Assembly (NCBI GenBank): GCA_022823505.1
Contig: JAJEIA010000034.1
Location: 15,492 to 79,491, forward strand
Direction of reading: 5' to 3'
Source: Dehalococcoidia bacterium
Lineage (GTDB): Bacteria > Chloroflexota > Dehalococcoidia > Lucifugimonadales > UBA3495
DNA: 64,000 bases
In this document: in pieces, positions 7,526-17,805 of the stretch
Layout of the letters: every line of letters begins with the position of its first letter
Numbering within the stretch: the first letter of the stretch is position 1
The notes under the pieces: model-generated
The model's input: the letters and a program-made list of their open reading frames with translations, nothing else
Database searches by the model: none
What the model was told of the DNA's origin: nothing
Translations under genes and position numbers: made by a program

Positions 7526-9799
7526 TTAGCGCTCGGTCTGCCTCAGGGGACTGCTGGTGACCCGGCTCACCGAGGTAACCCCGCGGATTCCCTCGATGCG
7601 GGAAAACACCCGGTTCAGCTCTTCCAGGTCCTTGACGTGGATGGTGAACTCCATGCTGACCGTGGCGTCCTCGTTCTCCCTGGTCACGGCCCAGGCGATG
7701 TTGATCTTGTCGTCCGACACCTTGGTGGTGACGTCGCGGAGCAGACCCACCCGGTCCATGGCCTCGATACGGATGCGCACCGGATAAAGTTCCTGTTTCT
7801 GCCCCCACGAAACCGGCACCAGGCGCTCCTGCTCGTCCTCGTTGAGCACGTTGATGCAGCCTTCCTTGTGCACGCTGACGCCGCGCGAGCGCGTTACGAA
7901 GCCGATGATCGGGTCGCCCTGGATTGGGTTGCAACACCGGGCGATGGTGGTCAGCAGATCGCCCACGCCCAGCACCGAAATGCCCGAGGTTGGGCTGGAC
8001 AGGGAGACCGACCCCTTCAGCCGGGGCATCCACGGCGCCTCGGCCATCTCATCGTTGCGGAACTGGGTCAGCCGGGCGGACAGGGCGGAGTCGCTCAATT
8101 CGCCGGAACCCAGGGCGGCCAGGAGGTCCTCCATGCTGTCGAAGCGGCACGCTTCGAGTACCTCGCGATCGGACATCTTGATGCCCATTCGTCGCAACTC
8201 GCGTCGCAGGAGTTCGCGCCCCCGGGTGATGTTGGCGCTGCGGGCCTGCCGGTTGAACCAGGAGCGGATCTTCTGCCGTGCGCTGTTGGTCGCCACGTAG
8301 CCGCGCGCCGGGTTCAGCCAGTCCGGCGATGGCCCCCGGCCTGTCTTTCCGGCCACCACCTCCACGGTGTCGCCGTTGTGCAGCGGGGTGTCCAGCGACA
8401 CCAGCTTGCCGTTCAATTTGGCCCCGGAGATGCGGTGACCCAGGTCGGTGTGGATCTTGTAGGCAAAGTCGATGGGAGTGGCGCCGGCGGCCATCTCCAC
8501 GATGTCACCCTTGGGGGTGTACACGAAGACCTGGTCGTGGAACAGGTCCTCCCGCACGCGTTCCAGGAACTCGTCGGTGTCCGGCGTCTCGCGCTGCCAC
8601 TCCAGCAACTGCCGGAGACCGGTCATCCGCTCCTCGAAGGAGGCATTCCCGTTGGGTGAGCCGCGCTGCTCCTTGTACCGCCAATGGGCGGCCACGCCAT
8701 ATTCCGCCACCTGGTGCATCTCGCGGGTCTTGATCTGCACTTCCAGCGGGTGACCGCCATCGCACAGCACCGTGGTATGCAGAGCCTGGTACATGTTCTT
8801 CTTCGGCGTGGCGATGTAATCGTCGAACTGGCCGGGGATCGGGCTCCACATGCGGTGAGTGATGCCCAGGGCGGTGTAGCAGTCGGCGATCTCGTCGACG
8901 ACGACGCGGAGCGCGTACAGGTCGTAGATGTCGCTGAGTTCCTTGCCGTCGGCCGCGTACTTCTCGATCTTGTTGTGGATGGAATAGATTCCCTTGGGAC
9001 GGCCGTTCACGTCAGCGCGGAGGCGGTTGTCCGCCAGCTCGGTCTTGAGCCGGTCGGCAACGTCCGCCACGTAGGCCTCGCGCTGGGACCTCCGGGCTGC
9101 CAGCATCTTGGAGATTTCCCGGTAACGGGTTTCATTCAGGTGCCGGAAAGCCAGGTCGTCAAGCTGCCATTTGAGCTCCCAGATGCCGAGCCGGTGGGCC
9201 AGGGGCGAATAAACGTCCAGGGTTTCCTGGGCGATGCGGCGGCGCTTGTCCTCGGGGAGCGCGTCCAGCGTGCGCATGTTGTGCAGCCGGTCGGCGAGCT
9301 TGATGAGCACCACGCGGATGTCCTCGGCCATGGCCACCAGCATCTTGCGCAGGCTTTCGGCGTAGAGGTTTTCCGCGGGCGCGGCGCCGTTGGTCTCGGC
9401 GTCCGGGGGTCGATAGTCGACGCGGGTCAGCTTGGTCACGCCGTCGACCAGTCGCGACACGTTGTGCCCGAACCGGACCTGCAGGTCAGCCACGTCGACG
9501 CCACAGTCCTCGACCACGTCGTGGAGGAGGGCAGCCATGATGGTGTCGGGGTCGAGAAACAGGTCGGCCAGGATGGTGGCGGCCGCCAGGGGGTGAACGA
9601 TGTACGGGTCGCCGGACCGGCGCATCTGCCCGTCGTGGCACTTTTCAGCGAAGTCGTAAGCTGACCTGATGCGTTCCAGTTGGTTCGCATCGTCCACGTA
9701 TTCAGAAACGCGAGCAATCAGATCGGTGGACTCGCTGGTGACCGCGACCATAGGCGCCCTCCTGATCGGCACAGGGTACGAGCGCGGTGTCCCCTCCAA
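7526..9799 (-). CDS. rel: Bifunctional (p)ppGpp synthetase/hydrolase (RelA/SpoT homologue)
   Basis: 757 aa. It has an HD hydrolase region (HPLAAATILADL...LLHDVVED), a synthetase region (YRSLHT-like QALHTTV) and TGS and C-terminal ACT-like regions. Confidence 0.95.
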   Translation of the reverse strand: MEGTPRSYPVPIRRAPMVAVTSESTDLIARVSEYVDDANQLERIRSAYDFAEKCHDGQMRRSGDPYIVHPLAAATILADLFLDPDTIMAALLHDVVEDCGVDVADLQVRFGHNVSRLVDGVTKLTRVDYRPPDAETNGAAPAENLYAESLRKMLVAMAEDIRVVLIKLADRLHNMRTLDALPEDKRRRIAQETLDVYSPLAHRLGIWELKWQLDDLAFRHLNETRYREISKMLAARRSQREAYVADVADRLKTELADNRLRADVNGRPKGIYSIHNKIEKYAADGKELSDIYDLYALRVVVDEIADCYTALGITHRMWSPIPGQFDDYIATPKKNMYQALHTTVLCDGGHPLEVQIKTREMHQVAEYGVAAHWRYKEQRGSPNGNASFEERMTGLRQLLEWQRETPDTDEFLERVREDLFHDQVFVYTPKGDIVEMAAGATPIDFAYKIHTDLGHRISGAKLNGKLVSLDTPLHNGDTVEVVAGKTGRGPSPDWLNPARGYVATNSARQKIRSWFNRQARSANITRGRELLRRELRRMGIKMSDREVLEACRFDSMEDLLAALGSGELSDSALSARLTQFRNDEMAEAPWMPRLKGSVSLSSPTSGISVLGVGDLLTTIARCCNPIQGDPIIGFVTRSRGVSVHKEGCINVLNEDEQERLVPVSWGQKQELYPVRIRIEAMDRVGLLRDVTTKVSDDKINIAWAVTRENEDATVSMEFTIHVKDLEELNRVFSRIEGIRGVTSVSRVTSSPLRQTER

Positions 9800-10025
9800 G
9801 CCGGGCGTCTCGCCGCGCTGGAACCTATCGGACGATGATAACCATCCGCCCCGGGTATGTCCAGAGCGGGATACGCCAAGTTCCGTTTGGTTGTAGTGGA
9901 TGGCAATTTTCGGGGCTATATGCGTTTCGCGCTGCCTATGCTCCCGGCGCCGGCTTCATTTCAGGCCTGTTTCTGGTTGTGGTGTACGCCCTAACGGGTG
10001 GCGAGGAACGCGAGTAAAATCGTCC

Positions 10026-10376
10026 ATGAACCATACGACTGCGGTCACGCAATACGGAGGCGAAGCGGTGGACAATGCCGATTATGAACTGATCATCGAC
10101 ATCCGAGACGAGTTGAGAGCGATTGCCGGACGCATCGAGGAGTTGACCGACCGATTAGAGGAAATTACAAACACCGCCTTGCATGGAACTCGGGCCGTTG
10201 ATTTGCGCTGCCGGGCTATAACCAAGCAAGGACATCAATGCTCCCGCAGGGCAACCGGGCGAGGCGAGCTCGCAGGGTATTGCAAAACCCACCAGCCGAA
10301 TGTGTATGTTATTGTGCACGGGAATGGCTATCGCGAGCGGCGAGTAGAGCCTCCGCTGTCAGCCCCAAAGGTATAG
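10026..10376 (+). CDS. Hypothetical protein: coiled coil plus a C-terminal Cys/His knuckle
   Basis: MNHTTAV...ELIIDIRDELRAIAGRIEELTDRLEE then RCRAITKQGHQCSRRATGRGELAGYCKTHQ. It lies in a lower-GC gap of about 900 bp between rel and prs. The start was chosen at the internal ATG of track ORF 9900..10376. Confidence 0.4.
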   Translation: MNHTTAVTQYGGEAVDNADYELIIDIRDELRAIAGRIEELTDRLEEITNTALHGTRAVDLRCRAITKQGHQCSRRATGRGELAGYCKTHQPNVYVIVHGNGYRERRVEPPLSAPKV

Positions 10377-10687
10377 CTCGGATCGCCCAATTGAATTTGT
10401 CCACGCGCTCGGGACGGATTATCCGTTCTTGTCAAATAGTTCAGTGAAATAACCGGAGATCGTATCCTGCGGCAATTCGTGCAACGCGCGATGGATGATG
10501 GCAATTGTCGGAGCTATCTACGCTTCACGCTGGCGATGCGTCCCGCACTGGTTCACTCTGACGCCGTAGGTGGTATCAGGTTCATCAGCCGATTTCAAAC
10601 GGAACCATACGCCGGAGGAGACGATTTCTGGGAGCCATCCGGTTTGCTCCTCCCGATTACCGGGACGGCCCCATCCCTCCGGACGGT

Positions 10688-11635
<948 letters not shown>

Positions 11636-11903
11636 GGCAGCACCTTGCAGTAGATGGCGGTGGAGGCATGGCAGCCGGCACGGAATCCGGCCAATGCAGC
11701 GGGGCGGTCGGGTGGTAATGGTAATCGGGTGAACCGATCCCAGTCAACGGCCGGGCCCCAAAGCAGGTTCAGTGATGTCCGCGATCGCGCTCGGTGTGAA
11801 GCGGTTTGGTGTGATGGGAACGGTTGTGGCGGCCAATTGTGGCCGGGCAATTGGCGCTCGCTCCCGGAAACGCGCCCTTTGCTAAAATAAACCCGGAACC
11901 CCG

Positions 11904-12500
11904 GTGCATGGTCATCAGATGAACCAAAGCAATTGGCTGCGCGAACTCGTTGAGGCTGCCCTCATCGGCATCGTGGTTTTCGTCGCCATCCAGGTGGCGG
12001 TGGCCAATTTCAGGGTCGAAGGCTCCAGCATGCGGCCCACGCTGCTGCCGGGTCACTACCTGATGGTGAACAAGCTGGTTTACTACCAGCTGGATACGGA
12101 GCGGCTGGGCAAGATCATCCCCTTCTGGCAGCCGGACGAGCCCCGTCTGGTGCACACGATGCGGCCTCCCCGACGGGGCGATGTTGTCGTTTTCGACTAC
12201 CCGCTGGAACCGGACCGCCAGTTCGTTAAGCGAATTATCGGGGAGCCGGGAGACCTGGTGGCCATCGACAACGGACAGGTCACGGTCAACGGCGAAACCC
12301 TGGACGAGCCCTACCTGGACGTTCTGGGTCGGACCCGGATGCACGACGTACAGCTGTCCGATGACGAATACTTCGTGCTGGGTGACAACCGCAACGGGAG
12401 CCGGGACTCCCGCCATTGGGGTCCGCTGCCGGCAGACCACATCATCGGCAAGGTCTGGGCGATCTACTGGCCGCGTTCGGCGTGGGGGTTCCCGGAATAA
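11904..12500 (+). CDS. lepB: Signal peptidase I (copy 1)
   Basis: An N-terminal TM helix, the catalytic GSSMRPTL motif, VKRIIGEPGD and GDNRNGSRDSRHWGPL. Confidence 0.9.
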   Translation: MHGHQMNQSNWLRELVEAALIGIVVFVAIQVAVANFRVEGSSMRPTLLPGHYLMVNKLVYYQLDTERLGKIIPFWQPDEPRLVHTMRPPRRGDVVVFDYPLEPDRQFVKRIIGEPGDLVAIDNGQVTVNGETLDEPYLDVLGRTRMHDVQLSDDEYFVLGDNRNGSRDSRHWGPLPADHIIGKVWAIYWPRSAWGFPE

Positions 12501-12574
12501 CCGGGACGAAGGGTTGCGCGTGCGGCCGGCCCATTGACGACGGCCGCAGGCATTGCTGAGTCGATCCCCCGGAG

Positions 12575-12901
12575 CTATTCGGCCTCAATCACCGGTCCGA
12601 CGAGGACGTCGTCGCCCTCGACGCGGACGGCGAATTTGCGCAGGGCCTCGGTGGCCGGAGGGGTGACCGGGCTGCCGGACGCAACGTCGAATACCGCGCC
12701 ATGCAGCGGACAAACCACCTCACCGTCCTCCAGGTCCCCCTCAGACAGGTTGGCGTAGGCGTGGGTGCAAATGTCGTCGCAGGCGTGCAAGTCGCCATCC
12801 AGGTTAACCAGCAGGATCTCCTCCGATCCCACGCGGACGGACATCATGTCACCCGGCGGTATGTCGCTGAGGGACGCTATCTTGACAAATTCGTCGGCCA
12901 T
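12575..12901 (-). CDS. Rieske [2Fe-2S] ferredoxin-type protein
   Basis: CTHAYANL...CPLHGAVF matches the Rieske ligand pattern (C-x-H ... C-x-x-H); 108 aa. Confidence 0.85.
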   Translation of the reverse strand: MADEFVKIASLSDIPPGDMMSVRVGSEEILLVNLDGDLHACDDICTHAYANLSEGDLEDGEVVCPLHGAVFDVASGSPVTPPATEALRKFAVRVEGDDVLVGPVIEAE

Positions 12902-13068
12902 TGGGTTGCTCCTTGGAATGTTACTTAAGATCGATGCGGCTCGGATCGGCGTCGGCAGCGGCTGCCCTCGCTGATCTGCGGTGGGCGAATATTATATATG
13001 ACAAATGTGACGCCGGCGGTGGGGAGAACCCCCGGTCGGGCCGGGCCTCGATGCTGGCCGACGGCCCA

Positions 13069-14187
13069 TCAGGCGGGGCAAATGAATTTCTGGCACACCA
13101 CGGCCGCCTCGTACATCTCGTTGATGCTGGCAGTCTCCCGGGTGGTGTGGAAATCCCGCACGCCGATGCCCACCGGCAGAGCGACGATGCCGTGCTCGTA
13201 GAAAACATTGGCGTCGGACCCGCCTCCGGTGGTTTCCAGTGCCGGGGTCAGTCCGGCGGCAGTGACCGCTCGGGCAATGTCCACCAGGGCCGGATCGGTG
13301 TCCCGGATCTGGTAGGCCTGGTACTGGTTGCGGATCTCGAGGTCGATCTCGGCGCGCGGGTACATGGCGGCGGCCTGGTCGAAGGCGCGTCGAAACTCCG
13401 CCGTGTAGTTTTCCAGCTTGGCCTGATCCCGGGAGCGCAGTTCGCCATCCATGAAGGCCTGTTCCGGAATGATGTTCCGCTTCAGGCCGCCCTCCAGCAC
13501 GCCGATGTTGCTGGTGGTCTCGTGGTCGATGCGACCCAGCGGCAGGCGGGTGAGGATATTGGCGGCGACCAACAGCGCGGATACGCCGTTCTCCGGCTCC
13601 AGGCCGGCGTGGGCGGCAACGCCGGTGATGCGACACTGCACCACGTTCTGAGCCGGGGCGCCGACGCAGATACGGCTGACGGGGCCTTCGCCGTCGAACA
13701 CCATGCCATTCGTCGCCTTGACCAGTGAGAAGTCCAGGTTTCGGGCGCCGTTCAGTCCGCCCTCCTCGGCCCGTGAGAAAACCACCTGAACCGAACGGCC
13801 CAGGCCGCCGTCTTCCATGGCGGCGGTGATCCCTTCCATGACGATAGCCAGGCCGGCCTTGCAGTCTCCGCCCAGGATGGTGGTACCGTCGGAGCGGAGG
13901 GTGTCGCCGTCGGCGTCAAGGGTCGGCTGGATGCCGCGGCCCGGTTCAACGGTGTCCATGTGGGCGGACAGCATGACCGGCGGTTCGCCGGCGTTGCCGT
14001 TCCTGGCGGGAAGGGTGGCCACCAGGTTGCCGTAGGCGTCATGTTGTATCGACGCCCCGAGTTGGCTCAGCCGGGCTGACAGGTGTGCGTCGATTGCATC
14101 CTCTTCCCCGGTGGGGCTATCGATTCGGATGAGTTCGGTGACGGTTCGGACCAGACGTTCTCGGTCGATCATGGGCGTACGCTCCAT
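13069..14187 (-). CDS. M20-family metallopeptidase (PepT-like or tripeptidase-like)
   Basis: 372 aa. LIRIDSPTGEE..., LSAHMDTV and a GGDCKAG-like motif are typical of the M20/M42 clan. Confidence 0.8.
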   Translation of the reverse strand: MERTPMIDRERLVRTVTELIRIDSPTGEEDAIDAHLSARLSQLGASIQHDAYGNLVATLPARNGNAGEPPVMLSAHMDTVEPGRGIQPTLDADGDTLRSDGTTILGGDCKAGLAIVMEGITAAMEDGGLGRSVQVVFSRAEEGGLNGARNLDFSLVKATNGMVFDGEGPVSRICVGAPAQNVVQCRITGVAAHAGLEPENGVSALLVAANILTRLPLGRIDHETTSNIGVLEGGLKRNIIPEQAFMDGELRSRDQAKLENYTAEFRRAFDQAAAMYPRAEIDLEIRNQYQAYQIRDTDPALVDIARAVTAAGLTPALETTGGGSDANVFYEHGIVALPVGIGVRDFHTTRETASINEMYEAAVVCQKFICPA

Positions 14188-14190
14188 AGG

Positions 14191-15402
14191 TCAGGGAAGG
14201 GACATAAGCTTGTGACGCGCGTCGGGGGTCATCTCGTAGCGGCGCGGTTTTTCCTTGGCGATGGTGACGCCGTGCTGCTCCATGATGGGCCAGAGCTGCT
14301 TGGCGAACCAGGTACCGAACTGGGTCGCGGTGTAGGAGGCGGCCGGGTGCTCGAACTGGGCGCCTTTCAGGGCGTACTGGGCGTCGGATGCCTTGAACAT
14401 GTCGTCGGCGATGCCGGCGGCAACCGCGGCGGCCAACTGCGGCAGGGTTGCCTCCTGGGCGAGCTTCGGCGGATGCGATGACGCCCTGGGTTCCCGCTTG
14501 GTGGACTGTTTGGGCGCGGCGTCCCCGGCCGGCGGCAGAATCTCGTAGGTGCGCGGCGAGCTGGTACGGGGCATGGTCACGCCCCGGTCTCGCAGCAAGG
14601 GCCAGATCCGGTTGACCAGGAATTGACCAAACCGTGAGGCGTCGCCGGCGGCCGGATGTTCCGGCCAGCGTCGACTGATCACCTGCTGTGCGTCGGAGGC
14701 GCGGAAGCGCCCCAAGGGCAACCGCTGCAGCAACTCCTCCGCGACGGCCTCGTCGCTGACCGCGGAAGCCGCAGCGGCGGGCGCGAGGGCGGGTCGCGTC
14801 GCTTCGGGAAGACCCTTCGGTGGAGGCGATGCGCTCACCGTCGGCTGGGGAGAAGACGGGGCCGGCGCCGCCAGGGCATCTGACAGGTCCCAGCGATACC
14901 GGCCGGGAATGAACTGCTCGATCTCCGCGGACAGAGCGCCGGCATCAGGGGCGGTGATCCACAGGAATGGAATATCCGTAACGTCCGCCTCGGCGGCCAG
15001 CTCGCGTACCTTGACGAACAGGGCGCCGAAGTCGCTGTCGTTGCTCACCACCGCGACCGCACCGGCCTGGCCGGTGATGAGATCCGCGACGGCGTCGGCC
15101 GTGATCGCCAGGTCGGCCGAGTTCTTGGCCCGGTGATTGCTGAAATGCTGTACTCCGCGAACGCGCACCCGCAAAGCGGGAAACTCGGTTTCAGCCCACA
15201 GCTGCCATAGCTCGGCTTTGTCGGCTCGCACGTAAAGGGAAAGGCTGCTCAGGGGCGGGCGGTCAGGGTCCGCCGGCCAGTTGGCAACCACTCGGGATAC
15301 CACGGTCTGGGCGTGGTCCGACTCCCGCAGATTCTCCGTATCAACGTAGATCGCCGAGCCGGGCGTGGCGTCAGCGTACGAGCCGTTGGGGTGGGTGGGC
15401 AT
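14191..15402 (-). CDS. NYN-domain (LabA/PIN-like RNase) protein with two tandem C-terminal repeats of about 75 aa
   Basis: The N-terminus has AIYVDTENL...KNSADLAITADA...VVSNDSDFGALFVKV (NYN pattern). The C-terminus has two repeats: FRASDAQQVISRRWPEHPAAGDASRFGQFLVNRIWPLLRDRGVTMPRTSSPRTYEI and FKASDAQYALKGAQFEHPAASYTATQFGTWFAKQLWPIMEQHGVTIAKEKPRRYEM. The start is taken at the internal ATG 15402; the alternative start at 15450 overlaps the upstream gene. Confidence 0.7.
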   Translation of the reverse strand: MPTHPNGSYADATPGSAIYVDTENLRESDHAQTVVSRVVANWPADPDRPPLSSLSLYVRADKAELWQLWAETEFPALRVRVRGVQHFSNHRAKNSADLAITADAVADLITGQAGAVAVVSNDSDFGALFVKVRELAAEADVTDIPFLWITAPDAGALSAEIEQFIPGRYRWDLSDALAAPAPSSPQPTVSASPPPKGLPEATRPALAPAAAASAVSDEAVAEELLQRLPLGRFRASDAQQVISRRWPEHPAAGDASRFGQFLVNRIWPLLRDRGVTMPRTSSPRTYEILPPAGDAAPKQSTKREPRASSHPPKLAQEATLPQLAAAVAAGIADDMFKASDAQYALKGAQFEHPAASYTATQFGTWFAKQLWPIMEQHGVTIAKEKPRRYEMTPDARHKLMSLP

Positions 15403-15419
15403 GACCTGATGATGCCTGG

Positions 15420-15857
15420 TTATAGCATCAACTCTGCCGGAATTAGACAATGATTTTTGGCGTCGGCAGCCAGCGCGAAAGCTTCTAACGCCACCGCTCC
15501 CAACAGAACCTTGTGAGGATCCGGTCCGAACACTACCTGTACAGTCTTGGTTCTGCCATCCAGGTCCATCAGGGTCTCTCCCAAATCCATCTCGCGTACA
15601 GAACCATCCGCAAGACGGAAGATCGCCATCTCTTCGTGCTGAACGCCCATCTCGTCTAGGATGTGCTCCGGAATTATGACGAATGAAGACCCGGTATCGA
15701 CCACGCCGGTGAGTTCGCGGTGCTGCGTTCCATCTTTATGTCGAATGGCGAAATCAACACTGAAAATCCCCACTTCACCCCCAACCGTGGTACCCGGCAG
15801 TATCGGAGGCCACGTGTATTCGGGAACGTTGATCGTGGCTGGCCGGTGTGTCGTCAT
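15420..15857 (-). CDS. Retropepsin-like single-lobe aspartic protease (paralogue P1)
   Basis: ...LTGVVDTGSSFVIIPEHILDEMGV...RLADGS...LLGAVALEAFALAADAKNHCL. It carries a D-T-G active-site triad and the retropepsin strand order. The ATG at 15857 overlaps the DUF1501 stop (ATGA, 15854-15857). Confidence 0.7.
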   Translation of the reverse strand: MTTHRPATINVPEYTWPPILPGTTVGGEVGIFSVDFAIRHKDGTQHRELTGVVDTGSSFVIIPEHILDEMGVQHEEMAIFRLADGSVREMDLGETLMDLDGRTKTVQVVFGPDPHKVLLGAVALEAFALAADAKNHCLIPAELML

Positions 15858-16984
15858 TGTACAAACTCCGGTTGCTCGAAGCTGCCACCCACCACGGGTT
15901 GCGCATCCAGGCCGAGCCACTTCTCGACCAATGTGCCGTACACGCCGCGGAAGTCGGTGTTGAATGCCAGATCCCCCTCGACCAGGTCGGCTTCGGCGAG
16001 GGATGGGTACTCACTGTACATGCCGCCCCGCACCGGGTCGCCGATGGCGAAGGCAACGCCGCCGCTGCCGTGGTCGGTGCCGCTGCCGTTGTCCTTGACG
16101 CGGCGGCCGAACTCGGTGAAAACCAGCATGACCACGTTGTCTGCGGTGTCGTGCTCCCGCAGGTCGGTGTAGAAATCGTTGACGGCGCGGCTCAGATCGG
16201 ATAGCAGCTTGGGCTGGACGTCGGTCTCGCTGGCGTGGGTGTCGTAGCCGCCCTGCTGGGTGTAGAACACGCGGGTGCCGAGGTTGGCGGTGAGCACTTT
16301 GGCGATGCCCTGGAGATTGCGGCCGATACCGGTTTCCGCGTACTCAACGGTTGAGGTGTACATGTCCGGCGCCGCCTTGAGAATGTCGGCGCCTTTCAGC
16401 GCGTCCAGGCCGGTCTGACCCAGGTAATCCATGGTGGCGCCAAGGCCCACGGTGGGCGAGTACATACGGGCGAAGATGTCCAGGGCCTGCGAACGCTCCG
16501 GCTCGTTGACGATGCCGGTGAGCACGCCGTAGGTCTCCAGCACCGCGACGGAGGCGACGGGTACGCCGGTGAGGGCCATGGCGCGGGGGAGCCCCCGTCC
16601 AAAGTTCACGCCGGTGAGCACGTTTTCCGCTTTGGGGTCCAGGTCGCGAATGACGCGGCCCAGCCAGCCCTCGGTGCCAACCTTCTCAGGTTCGCAGGTG
16701 TGCCAGATGTCCATGCTGCGGAAGTGGGAGCGGTTGGGCGTGGGGTAGCCGATTCCGTTGATGACCGCGACCTTGCCGGCGTCGTACAGGCTCTTGATCT
16801 CCGGAATCGCCGGGTTAAATCCGAAGTGGTCGTCGATGGGCAGCACCTGGTCGGCGGGGATCCCCACGGTGGGCCGGTTGTCGTGGTAACGGCCGTCGGC
16901 GTAGGGTATGACGGTGTTCATGTAGTCGTTGCCGCCGGTGAGCTGGATGACGACGAGGATGGGGTCTTTGGTGGTGGTGGTCAT
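15854..16984 (-). CDS. DUF1501-family protein (sulfatase-fold, unknown function)
   Basis: 376 aa. LVVIQLTGGNDYMNTVIPY...NRSHFRSMDIWHT...GGYDTHA...TEFGRR...GTDHG is the characteristic DUF1501 motif series. Confidence 0.85.
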   Translation of the reverse strand: MTTTTKDPILVVIQLTGGNDYMNTVIPYADGRYHDNRPTVGIPADQVLPIDDHFGFNPAIPEIKSLYDAGKVAVINGIGYPTPNRSHFRSMDIWHTCEPEKVGTEGWLGRVIRDLDPKAENVLTGVNFGRGLPRAMALTGVPVASVAVLETYGVLTGIVNEPERSQALDIFARMYSPTVGLGATMDYLGQTGLDALKGADILKAAPDMYTSTVEYAETGIGRNLQGIAKVLTANLGTRVFYTQQGGYDTHASETDVQPKLLSDLSRAVNDFYTDLREHDTADNVVMLVFTEFGRRVKDNGSGTDHGSGGVAFAIGDPVRGGMYSEYPSLAEADLVEGDLAFNTDFRGVYGTLVEKWLGLDAQPVVGGSFEQPEFVQ

Positions 16985-17070
16985 GGCAACGTGTGCTCCG
17001 CTGGGCGAATATATACAGGTCTGGTTGGTGGGCGTAGTTTAGCACAGGGGTCGCGGATGCAGATGATAAA

Positions 17071-17769
17071 ATGAGCATGCTCATTGACACCATGAGTATT
17101 TCGAGGGTTGCAATGGCTACTACGCGCACTGGTGCAATTCGCCGCTTCACCTCCGCCGAGAGGGAGGCAATGATCGCGGCCGGCATCGTGACGGACGAGG
17201 AACGCGAGGCTCTGGCAGCCGGCCGTCGGTTCACCGTGGATGAATACCTGTTGCTGGGCGCAGCCGGCATACTGGCAAAGGACGAACGCATTGAATTGCT
17301 GGACGGAGAGATAATCCAGATGGCGCCCATCGGCAACCGGCACCGAAACAGCGTGAACTGGTCGGCTGACCTGATGCGCGAGGCCATCGGACGCCTGGCC
17401 ATGGTACAAGTCCAATCTCCCATCCAACTGGACGAATTCACGATGCCTGAGCCGGACATCGCGGTCATCCGGCGGCGTTCCATCAACGATAATGCGCCGG
17501 TTGTGCCGTCCGACGTGTTTTTGCTGGTTGAAGTGGCCGACAGCTCGCTGGAGTTCGACCTGGGGGAGAAATTGGGCCGGTACGCCGCCGCGGGGATACC
17601 GGAGGTCTGGGTTGCCAACCTGCGCGCCGGCGAGTTGGTGGTCAACACTGAGCCGGATGGGGACACTTACGCCAACGTGCGCATTATCCCGCTGGATGGC
17701 GCAGCGAGCCCGCAAGCGTTCCCGGACGTGGTTCTACGGCCAGCAGATTTTATTCCTGCCGTGGACTGA
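17071..17769 (+). CDS. Uma2-family (DUF820) putative restriction-endonuclease-like protein, copy 1
   Basis: FTVDEYLLLGAAGIL...RIELLDGEIIQMAP...PDIAVI...FLLVEVADSSLEFDLGEKLGRYAAAGIPEVWV is the PD-(D/E)xK-type Uma2 pattern. Confidence 0.8.
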   Translation: MSMLIDTMSISRVAMATTRTGAIRRFTSAEREAMIAAGIVTDEEREALAAGRRFTVDEYLLLGAAGILAKDERIELLDGEIIQMAPIGNRHRNSVNWSADLMREAIGRLAMVQVQSPIQLDEFTMPEPDIAVIRRRSINDNAPVVPSDVFLLVEVADSSLEFDLGEKLGRYAAAGIPEVWVANLRAGELVVNTEPDGDTYANVRIIPLDGAASPQAFPDVVLRPADFIPAVD

Positions 17770-17805
17770 TGGCTCGCCCTGGTAGCCCTTTCGCTGGTAT
17801 CGTCC

